A stretch of 27,266 bases of DNA from an uncultured Bacillota bacterium. GTDB lineage: Bacteria > Bacillota > Clostridia > Peptostreptococcales > Anaerovoracaceae. Positions within the stretch are counted from its first letter, which is position 1; every line of letters begins with the position of its first letter. The position numbers and the translations under genes were made by a program. Shown here one piece after another: positions 8,862 through 15,821 of the stretch. The stretch covers positions 1 through 27,266 of the forward strand of contig CAMPBN010000001.1 of assembly GCA_946638265.1 (NCBI GenBank), given 5' to 3'. Below the pieces are notes generated by a model. The model was not told where the DNA came from. It was given only the letters and a program-made list of their open reading frames with translations, and did not search any database.

Positions 8862-9652
8862 TAAAACACCGCGTCCAGCATCTCGCGGACTTGATTCGGG
8901 TTAAATGGATGCTCTGCGCTCTCATACGTGATAAGCAAATTCTTCCCTATAAAAATGCCGTTTCTCGCGTACTCATCCAGCTTATCCAGGCAGTCCCGGC
9001 GGTACATTTCGTCATCCAAAAGGCCGAAATGCTCCAAATAGAGCACTTCGCGCGTCCGCTTGTTCAGCAGTGTGAAATCAGGATATCTCGCCTTCCCATT
9101 CAGCAAAACCAACTCCTGCTCATAGTGGTAGGGTATGCCTTTTTCACAAAGAATATCCGCCAGCAAAGCCTCCGATTTTGATCTCACCATTTCGCCCCTA
9201 CGCGTAGCATACACCTTCTTTTCCGGCATGTACCCGCATTTTTTATATTCCTCGTCCTGCCATTTGCGCAGAAATAATTCGTCCGGCATTATGTACGGCT
9301 CCACGAGTTCCCGCCTCTTGGGCGACAAACCGCCAAAAGTCTTATCTTCATTCAAGCCGGAAAACCTCCCAGCCACCGCTTCCAAAGCGCACATTTCCTT
9401 GTCTGCTTCGCGTAAAAACTTCATATTGTAATCTTTCTGCGCCAGCGCTTTTACCAAAGTCTCCTTTGCCATAGGAATGTACTCGCCTGCCGAATTCCCT
9501 TTTTCCTTCGCCCAATAGTATCTCGTCTGCCTTTTCGTTGAAGAGATTCGCAGGCTCCCCTCCGGAAAATGCGCCATATCCCTTTTCGCCCGCGCCTTGG
9601 CCGCGGCTAAAATTTTTAATCTCTGCTCCAACAACTCTTTAATTTGGTTCAT
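8861..9652 (-). CDS. Hypothetical protein with C-terminal PD-(D/E)XK/Vsr-like nuclease-fold domain
   Basis: GEMVRSKSE...IPYHYEQ...YPDFTL...LEHFG pattern; N-terminal coiled-coil-like region; GGGGAG RBS. Confidence 0.65.
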   Translation of the reverse strand: MNQIKELLEQRLKILAAAKARAKRDMAHFPEGSLRISSTKRQTRYYWAKEKGNSAGEYIPMAKETLVKALAQKDYNMKFLREADKEMCALEAVAGRFSGLNEDKTFGGLSPKRRELVEPYIMPDELFLRKWQDEEYKKCGYMPEKKVYATRRGEMVRSKSEALLADILCEKGIPYHYEQELVLLNGKARYPDFTLLNKRTREVLYLEHFGLLDDEMYRRDCLDKLDEYARNGIFIGKNLLITYESAEHPFNPNQVREMLDAVF

Positions 9653-9722
9653 CTTCTCCCCCTTGCGGAATCTCCGATTCCGCCGCTTTTCGTCCTCTCT
9701 CTCGCATGATCTCCAGCCGCGG

Positions 9723-9875
9723 CGCTGCGGCGAACCGCATGTATGCCTTTTTTTGCCTCTCTGCGTGATTTAGGCATACATTCCTGCCGGCTGGCCCGCT
9801 TTTCGCCGCTGCGGCGAGCCGCATGTATGCCTTTTTTTGCCGCTCTGCGTGATTTAGGCATACATTCCCGCCGGC
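9723..9875. repeat. Two 69-bp direct repeats (84-bp period), each holding a perfect 10-bp inverted repeat
   Basis: 9723-9791 versus 9807-9875, 3 mismatches; arms ATGTATGCCT/AGGCATACAT at 9739-9748 and 9772-9781, repeated at +84. Confidence 0.92.
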
Positions 9876-9914
9876 CTGCCCTCCTTGCAACCTCTCGCGC
9901 AGTCCGGCATACAG

Positions 9915-9943
9915 ATTATACCAGATTATTACAGTATTTGCCA
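9915..9943 (-). promoter_or_regulatory. Promoter for the nuclease-like gene (repeats fall in its 5' UTR)
   Basis: TGGCAA-17 bp-TATAAT with extended -10 TG. Confidence 0.65.
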
Positions 9944-10026
9944 TAGGTATTTTGAAAATTTTTCCAAGAACAAGAAATAAATTATTTTTCGTAACCTTCC
10001 ACTGTCGCAAGCCGTCTTTATAGGTG

Positions 10027-10032
10027 TATAAT
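10027..10032 (+). promoter_or_regulatory. -10 element for the lipoprotein gene
   Basis: TATAAT about 180 nt upstream of ATG 10215; -35 weak. Confidence 0.4.
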
Positions 10033-10214
10033 GTTAGTGCCGCCGTGACGCGGAAGTGCCGTGGAGCAGATGCGCTGCGGCGCCAAGGCAAAGAGCCGCA
10101 AAGGCGTAAAAGCACCGAGACGCCATGATTCTAGGATTGCGGCGCCGAGACTCTAAGCGCTATGAATCTGCTAATCCAAAGCGCGGCGACGCCAAAATGA
10201 AAGGAATTTGAACA

Positions 10215-10898
10215 ATGAAAAAGATTTTAGCAATGATGATGGCCGGTATCATGATTTTCGCTTTTGCAGCATGTGGCCAGGAGGAAGAAGAAGCAGTTCT
10301 TTACAACGAAACTCAGGAGGACCCAAGCACAATCCGCATGGGCGGCTACAACGCGCCTGACACACCGGATGTGCCGGAAGAGTTAAAAACTGCGGTAGCG
10401 GAAGCAACAGCCGACATAAACGGCGACGTTACCTACGAGCCTGTGGCATTTCTCGAATCCCAGGTGGTGGCAGGCATGAACTACAGAGTACTCTGCAGAG
10501 AAATCCGCGCCATGGCCGCCGATGAAAAATACGCAATTCTCACCATTTACGAGGATCTGGATGGCGGCCACGCAGTGACTGAGATGCTGGAGTGCACCGA
10601 TGCAAATCTCCTGCTTTCAGACCTCGCAGGTGGCTGGGCTGCAGCTGGCCCGGCTGTGACCGACGAAGCCAAAGCTGCTCTCAACAAGGCTCTGGAGAAT
10701 CTGGACGGCGCAAACTACGAACCGATGGCCCTGGTTGCTACTCAGGTAGTGGCAGGCACCAACTACTGCATCCTTTGCCGCATCACTCCTGTAGTGCCGG
10801 ATCCGCAGCCGGGATACGCTCTGGTGCATGTATATGAAGCGCTCGACGGCAGCGCAGAAATCACCGACACTGTTGATTTCACAGGCATCGCGCAGTAA
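10215..10898 (+). CDS. Lipoprotein with two tandem cystatin-like (QVVAG) domains
   Basis: Signal peptide and lipobox FAAC (Cys20); repeats YEPVAFLESQVVAGMNYRVLCR and YEPMALVATQVVAGTNYCILCR, each preceded by a GG motif. Confidence 0.7.
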   Translation: MKKILAMMMAGIMIFAFAACGQEEEEAVLYNETQEDPSTIRMGGYNAPDTPDVPEELKTAVAEATADINGDVTYEPVAFLESQVVAGMNYRVLCREIRAMAADEKYAILTIYEDLDGGHAVTEMLECTDANLLLSDLAGGWAAAGPAVTDEAKAALNKALENLDGANYEPMALVATQVVAGTNYCILCRITPVVPDPQPGYALVHVYEALDGSAEITDTVDFTGIAQ

Positions 10899-10987
10899 AG
10901 ACACGCGAACGTCTATAAAAAGAGTGGGCATATGTAAAAGGCACGTGAGCAGAGATCTCGAGCATTTGCAAAATGCACAACATATGT

Positions 10988-11019
10988 AAAAAACTCTGAG
11001 GTCTCCCTCAGGGTTTTTT
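10988..11019. terminator. Probable bidirectional terminator between convergent genes
   Basis: AAAAAACTCTGAG-GTCTCC-CTCAGGGTTTTTT. Confidence 0.75.
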
Positions 11020-11083
11020 GATACCGAAAATTTTCAGATGAAAACCCGGAGCCGCAGCCCCGGGCACATGTATTATTAATACT

Positions 11084-11794
11084 TTATATGTTGCGGCTCC
11101 AGCGCGAAGAAATGCGGCTGGCCTGGCTGTAACGCCCTGCGCGATTGTAGGTGCCGTTAGAGAGCGACCTGTTTGCAATGCTCTCCAGCGAAGATGCGCG
11201 ACCGTTCACGCGCCCACCATAGGAGCTGCGGCCTGCAAACGCTGATCTGAAAGACGAAATATTGGAAGCAGTAAGCTTCGATTCGTCGAACGAAAGCTTG
11301 TTGTCCTTGCCGATAGTGATGCCGGCATTTTTCAGGACGTTCGCGTTTTTCTGCGTGTCAGTCACCATCCAGACGCCATTTCGCAAGGTGTCCATGGAAT
11401 CAGCTTTTTCAGTTTCGCTGACTGTCTTGTTGTAATTTTCCACGAAACTGTTTACTGCCTTTTTGATGTCTTCGAGCTTGTATTCGCCATCCTCGCCCTT
11501 TTGGTAAAGTGAGGAAGCATTCAGCACGGATGCACTGGCCTTGAGATTTGCCGCCACGTCCTTCAAAGATGCCATCTTGGTATCATCGGTGCTCTGAAGC
11601 TTGGAAGCCGTGCCGCTCTGCTTCTGGTAGTAAGCGCGAAGAGCTTTGTTATATGACGCCGTATTTACGGTATTGTACTGGAGCATGCCCATGCCGCCAT
11701 TGCTTCTGCGGCTCTTGCCCAGCGTGTCGAAAAGCGAAGTTGTGCCATTTCCCATCAGGCTGTGGATGTTAAAATTACTGATCTTCAGCGACAT
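11084..11794 (-). CDS. Ser/Asn-rich hypothetical protein with FliD C-terminal-like helical region
   Basis: Start ATG 11794 after AGGAGG; AVNSFVENYNKTV...GITIGKDNKLSFDESKL resembles FliD-type segments. Confidence 0.5.
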   Translation of the reverse strand: MSLKISNFNIHSLMGNGTTSLFDTLGKSRRSNGGMGMLQYNTVNTASYNKALRAYYQKQSGTASKLQSTDDTKMASLKDVAANLKASASVLNASSLYQKGEDGEYKLEDIKKAVNSFVENYNKTVSETEKADSMDTLRNGVWMVTDTQKNANVLKNAGITIGKDNKLSFDESKLTASNISSFRSAFAGRSSYGGRVNGRASSLESIANRSLSNGTYNRAGRYSQASRISSRWSRNI

Positions 11795-11869
11795 AATATC
11801 CCTCCTATGTCTGTTCCTTCTTTTGAAAAGCCCGCACGTCCTGTCGGGCACATGTTTAATCCTGCCTAA

Positions 11870-11897
11870 AGTATAGCACTTCGGCCCTCATTGTCAA
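11870..11897 (-). promoter_or_regulatory. Sigma-A-like promoter of the FliD-like gene
   Basis: TTGACA-16 bp-TATACT with extended -10 TGc. Confidence 0.65.
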
Positions 11898-12140
11898 CAG
11901 TTTAACAACATGAAGTCGGCAAAGAATAACGCATGAACCAGGCAAAGGATCCCGCCGCCGAGCAAGAATACCCCCACAAATCGAACAAACAATCCCCCCG
12001 GGGGGCTTTTCCGGCTCCGCTTTTATGATAAAATATGCTCGTATCGATGTGCGCTTGCGGCGGAAGTCGCATCATTCCGGCGCAATATCACGATATGATA
12101 TACAGATATCCAATTTCAATAAAATAAGGAGGACTTAAAA

Positions 12141-12539
12141 ATGGCTTGTTTTTTAGTACCTACAGGCGAGGCTCTCGTCGTTAAAGCTATCGAAAAGATT
12201 GAAGAAAAGAAAGAAGTGGCTGCTCCTGCAGAGCACACCACCGATTCCATCGTAAAAGTTCCGCTTTCGAAGAAGCTCAAGTGGCTCTCACATATGCTGT
12301 GGGGCGGCGCCGCTCTTCTGGCGTTCGAACACATTTGGCACGGCGAAGTGGTACCTTTCCCGCCATTCCTGACCGCCATGAACGATGCGGCAGACAAAGC
12401 TGAAATGCTGCACGAAATGAGCACCGTGGGCGTGACCATGGCTGCCATCATCACACTGGTATGGCTCGGAATGTGCGTTGCGGCAGATGTTATCGTAAAA
12501 AGACCTGAGACTTCTTCCGAAGCAACAGAGACTCTCTAA
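12141..12539 (+). CDS. Small membrane protein of unknown function
   Basis: AAGGAGG RBS; hydrophobic helices; MLWGGAALLAFEHIWHG. Confidence 0.8.
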   Translation: MACFLVPTGEALVVKAIEKIEEKKEVAAPAEHTTDSIVKVPLSKKLKWLSHMLWGGAALLAFEHIWHGEVVPFPPFLTAMNDAADKAEMLHEMSTVGVTMAAIITLVWLGMCVAADVIVKRPETSSEATETL

Positions 12540-12558
12540 TCGCGGGAGGTGGGCTGAA

Positions 12559-12864
12559 ATGACATTACTTATCACTGTTTTCGCAGCGATCATCACCACC
12601 ATTCTCTGGTACAACCGCAAGAATGACTATATGAAGCTGAACATCCTGATGGCCATGTTCTGGGGTGCTTCCCTGATGTGGCTTGGCGATGCCATCTTCG
12701 GCTATATGGAAGACGGAGCAGACTATTTCACACCTGCCACCGAAGAAATGATCAACGACGGATTCCTCGGATTTTCAGTAGTGGCACTGGCCATGATCAT
12801 CTGGCTGGTCATCCTGCTGATCAAGGACCCGAAAGGCGTAGTAAGAAAAAGCCTGAGTAAATAG
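12559..12864 (+). CDS. Small membrane protein, paralogous to the upstream one
   Basis: GGAGGT RBS; three hydrophobic helices; MFWGASLMWLGDAI. Confidence 0.8.
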   Translation: MTLLITVFAAIITTILWYNRKNDYMKLNILMAMFWGASLMWLGDAIFGYMEDGADYFTPATEEMINDGFLGFSVVALAMIIWLVILLIKDPKGVVRKSLSK

Positions 12865-12894
12865 TAATAAAAGTAAAACTTGTGTGCAGCTCGG

Positions 12895-13524
12895 CTACAC
12901 ACAAGTTTTTTCTTGCAAATTTTTGTTTTCTACCCAAACAGCAGATTTCTCGATTTTCTCGCAGATGCGTCTAAAGGTATCTTCCTCTTCGCTGCTGAGT
13001 ATTTCAGGTGGCAGTTTTTCAATCAAAAGCTCGTAATACCTGCCAATTCTGGCTGCCGCGTCGTTTTCCAGATTTTCAACTATGAGCATTAGTTTGGTTT
13101 TTTGCTTGTCTTCAAGCAAAACTTCATTTTCCACCAGATAGGCTTTCATGTTTTCAGGCTTTCTCAGAAACAAAAGCAAACTGTTGTGCGCTTTGTCGGG
13201 AATCGAGCCGCTTTCGTACCGGCGGATAGTCTTGTCGCCCCAGTTGAGCAGCTTTGCAAAACTCCGCTGACTCAAACCGTATTTTTCGCGAATCGCTTTG
13301 ATTTCTTCCGGGAAGAGCAATTTATGGCGCCTGCGATACTCTTCGTACGCATGATTCAGCGTCGCCGAATCCAGTTCTTCGCAGAAGATTTCTTCGCCGC
13401 AATCCGCGCATACCATCACCTGTGCCTCAACTTCGATGTCTTCCCCGCAAACCGCATACACTTCCCGTTGCTTCACAATCCGTGTTTTAACTTCTTTTCC
13501 GCACGCCTCACAATATTTCATCAT
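12895..13524 (-). CDS. MqsA-like antitoxin (zinc ribbon plus XRE HTH), short C-terminus
   Basis: CEAC...CADCGEE zinc ligands; EEIKAIREKYGLSQRSFAKLLNWGDKTIRRYESG HTH; directly downstream of the MqsR-like gene. Confidence 0.85.
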   Translation of the reverse strand: MMKYCEACGKEVKTRIVKQREVYAVCGEDIEVEAQVMVCADCGEEIFCEELDSATLNHAYEEYRRRHKLLFPEEIKAIREKYGLSQRSFAKLLNWGDKTIRRYESGSIPDKAHNSLLLFLRKPENMKAYLVENEVLLEDKQKTKLMLIVENLENDAAARIGRYYELLIEKLPPEILSSEEEDTFRRICEKIEKSAVWVENKNLQEKTCV

Positions 13525-13538
13525 ATTTTCACCCCCAC

Positions 13539-13883
13539 CTAAACATAGTCATCCTCATGAAAGCTCAGGCATTTGAGAACTTCCTTTCCGTTTCGCAATT
13601 GAATTTTCAATTTCACATAAAACGGCTTCCCATCTATATTCTTTTTAAACTCCCAGATTTCACCCGGTCGCTGCGGGTCAAAATCCTGTTTCGAGCCTTT
13701 GTAATAATCTTCTTCTTTCAGGCCCATTATCTCTTCTTTGGCATCCGCCACGGTAAACCCAATAGCCGCCAAAGCCTGTAAATTTCGACGCCGCGGCACA
13801 AAATCATACTCCCCCGCGACCATCAATCCTTTAGCTTTTGCAAGGAAATCAGCGAGTTCCACCCGCCCATACTCTTTTCCCAC
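13539..13883 (-). CDS. MqsR-family (RelE-like fold) toxin
   Basis: DYYKG...EIWEF...FYVKLKI...CLSFHE; GTG start after AGGAGGT; toxin-first order. Confidence 0.8.
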   Translation of the reverse strand: MGKEYGRVELADFLAKAKGLMVAGEYDFVPRRRNLQALAAIGFTVADAKEEIMGLKEEDYYKGSKQDFDPQRPGEIWEFKKNIDGKPFYVKLKIQLRNGKEVLKCLSFHEDDYV

Positions 13884-13906
13884 CCTACACCTCCTGTCTC
13901 ACTTAT

Positions 13907-13934
13907 ATTATACCCCACCCAAGCCCAAAGTCAA
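13907..13934 (-). promoter_or_regulatory. Promoter of the TA module
   Basis: TTGACT-16 bp-TATAAT. Confidence 0.75.
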
Positions 13935-13935
13935 T

Positions 13936-13963
13936 AAAAATGCGGTCATATGACCGCATTTTT
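13936..13963. terminator. Perfect 28-bp palindrome; terminator-like and abutting the TA -35
   Basis: AAAAATGCGGTCATATGACCGCATTTTT, 8 nt after the upstream stop codon. Confidence 0.7.
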
Positions 13964-13971
13964 TATTTGTC

Positions 13972-14562
13972 TTATTTCCGTGGCTCAATCGAAAAGAGAC
14001 CGTCGCGATTGCAGTAAAAGAAGATCTTTCTGACGCCCCGCATCTTAACCCGCGCTTCGGCGTTTCCTTCCGGATAAAGCTTCACCAGCTGCATATCATC
14101 GGGCGAAGCTGCCGCAATAAACGAAATGTAATGTTCCTTCGTCATGTCGTGGTCGATTCGCACATAATACTCGTCCTCAACACGCTCGATAACGACCATG
14201 TGCTGCTCATCCGCCGGCTCTGCCTCCAGCGGCACGAGCAGGATGCCGTGGCAATGGATAGCCGCTTCTCCCATGCTGTGTATCACGTTCCCACAAACCG
14301 GGCACACATAAAATTTGGACCTCAGCATGTTGGACGCCACGTTTTCGTTCTTCACCGTGGCTCCTGCAATCAGCTCTGTGACCGAAACGTGAAAAAGCTC
14401 CGCGATGGGCTCCAGCAGCGTGATATCCGGGTAGCCCCTGCCCGTCTCCCATTTGGAGATGGCCTTGTCACTGACACCCAGGGCTTCCGCCAAACGGCTT
14501 TGCGTCATTTTATTTTTCTCACGCAATTCTTTGATTACCGCCCCTGTGACGTATTGGTTCAT
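13972..14562 (-). CDS. XRE-family HTH regulator fused to a desulfoferrodoxin/superoxide-reductase-like domain
   Basis: MTQSRLAEALGVSDKAISKWETG HTH; CPVCGN...CHG; HDMTKEHYISFI...YCNRDG; start ATG 14562 after AGGAGGT. Confidence 0.85.
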   Translation of the reverse strand: MNQYVTGAVIKELREKNKMTQSRLAEALGVSDKAISKWETGRGYPDITLLEPIAELFHVSVTELIAGATVKNENVASNMLRSKFYVCPVCGNVIHSMGEAAIHCHGILLVPLEAEPADEQHMVVIERVEDEYYVRIDHDMTKEHYISFIAAASPDDMQLVKLYPEGNAEARVKMRGVRKIFFYCNRDGLFSIEPRK

Positions 14563-14582
14563 TTTTCTCACCTCCTGCCACT

Positions 14583-14625
14583 ATTCTAAGCCCCGCACGG
14601 TGCCCCCGCAACCTACGCAAAGTAG
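14583..14625 (-). promoter_or_regulatory. Promoter with adjacent candidate operator
   Basis: TTGCGG-17 bp-TAGAAT; CTAC-N5-GTAG dyad at 14613-14625 next to the -35. Confidence 0.5.
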
Positions 14626-14647
14626 AGAGCTCGGCCGGTTATGAATC

Positions 14648-15484
14648 TTATCCTAAAACGCGGCTGAAAACATCGTAGTTTTCGCTACCGGACGCAGGGC
14701 GATATACTGCAAAGACCACTTTCTTGAACACTTTCGGGAACTCCGCCAAAGCAGTCTTGTATGCCCGCGCCACCACTTTCGGATTGTTGTGGAACGCACC
14801 GCACCCGAAAGCCCCCAGCACCAAGGTGTCTGCGCCTTCCGCAGCCGCACAGGTCAGTATGTGCATCGCTCTTTTCACATGATATCCGAAAAGCTCGGCA
14901 TCGTTCATTTTAATGGGTCCGCCCACCAGCCCTGCGTGCATATTCGGGGTGTGTCTCAAATCCGGCGCCGCCACCGTGATAACATCCACTGTTACCCAAT
15001 CTTCCTGCGGCATGCGCTTTGGCAAATCTTCGTCCGTCTTGCAAATCACAACGCCCGGAGTATAAATAAGCGAATCTGTTGCCTTTTGCGACCCCAAATC
15101 GTGGTGATGCTTGTAAAAGCTGTCTCTCAGGCTTCTGCGGTAAATCAGCGGATACAGCGTGGATGTCCTGCACAAGCTCTCCTCCTGCGCGCTGCTACCC
15201 CGAGTCACGCCGCCACCTGCGTGAAAAGCATTCGCGAAATTCATTACCGCAATCTTGGCATCCGTGGCCTCCCGGTGCAGCCTCATGGCCGCCTCGAAAG
15301 AGCGCTCGCCCGTGACCGCAATCGTCTCAGTCACCGTTTTCGTCTCGTCGAATGTCGGATAATCGTCCTCGTAGTAAACTTTCGTCTTCGCCTTGCCCGC
15401 CTTCACCGAAGCCGCCAGCGCCGGCTCATCTTCAATCCACTTCATGGTGTCATTAAAAACTTCAATTCTATCTTTTTTGTCCAT
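14648..15484 (-). CDS. TIGR02452/DUF2263-family macrodomain protein (bacterial PARG-like)
   Basis: MNFANAFHAGGG...AQEESLCR and LVLGAFGCGAFHN; start ATG 15484 after GAGGTG. Confidence 0.88.
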   Translation of the reverse strand: MDKKDRIEVFNDTMKWIEDEPALAASVKAGKAKTKVYYEDDYPTFDETKTVTETIAVTGERSFEAAMRLHREATDAKIAVMNFANAFHAGGGVTRGSSAQEESLCRTSTLYPLIYRRSLRDSFYKHHHDLGSQKATDSLIYTPGVVICKTDEDLPKRMPQEDWVTVDVITVAAPDLRHTPNMHAGLVGGPIKMNDAELFGYHVKRAMHILTCAAAEGADTLVLGAFGCGAFHNNPKVVARAYKTALAEFPKVFKKVVFAVYRPASGSENYDVFSRVLG

Positions 15485-15511
15485 TTCACACCTCAATAAC
15501 ATTTTTATCGC

Positions 15512-15584
15512 TTTCGTCCAGCTACTCTATCTTTTCGTCCAAATTTGATCGATTTTGGACGAAAAATCAATCTGCTGGACGAAA
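15512..15584. repeat. Nested double inverted repeat (four TTTCGTCCA motifs), REP-like
   Basis: tttcgtccagc 15512, ttttcgtccaaa 15532, tttggacgaaaa 15554, gctggacgaaa 15574. Confidence 0.85.
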
Positions 15585-15586
15585 AA

Positions 15587-15799
15587 TTATCCGATGTATT
15601 CGAAACGCGGGCGCACCTGCCCGTCGCGCTCTACAGTCTCGTTCCACATGGATGCAGGCCGCACCCACACATCCCCGTCGCCGTACAGCGCCCGGTAGAC
15701 CACCATGTCCTCCAGCGTCTCCGAATGCCGCGCCACGCACAGCACCTCGTACTCGTTCCCTTTAAAATGCCGGTACTTGCCGACCTTGATCTCAGACAT
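15587..15799 (-). CDS. DUF1653-family protein
   Basis: GKYRHFKGNEYEV...HSETLEDMVVYRALYG...WVRP...RF. Confidence 0.9.
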   Translation of the reverse strand: MSEIKVGKYRHFKGNEYEVLCVARHSETLEDMVVYRALYGDGDVWVRPASMWNETVERDGQVRPRFEYIG

Positions 15800-15821
15800 T
15801 GCTATTCTCCTTCTCTGCTTT

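Noticed and set aside
8799-9061. Possible DGR template/variable repeat pair
   Set aside because: Mismatches on the sense strand are not adenine-specific (1/11 or 3/11), are enriched at third codon positions, and no reverse transcriptase is in the window.
9723-9875. Possible CRISPR array
   Set aside because: Only two 69-bp units with a 15-nt gap; wrong geometry and no cas genes.
9639-10115. 158-aa ORF with duplicated NVCLNHAERQKKAYMR
   Set aside because: Simply translates the DNA repeat and spans two promoters; no RBS support.
10085-10170. c-di-GMP-I (GEMM) riboswitch
   Set aside because: GGCAAA, CTAAG and TATGA words occur, but GACGCAAAG and the closing stem are missing; kept only as an unclassified leader.
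10929-10991. Repeated CATATGTAAAA and a GCATTT/AAATGC dyad
   Set aside because: Too short and AT-rich to separate from chance.
11994-12005. CCCCCCGGGGGG palindrome
   Set aside because: Short low-complexity dyad with no second copy or functional context.
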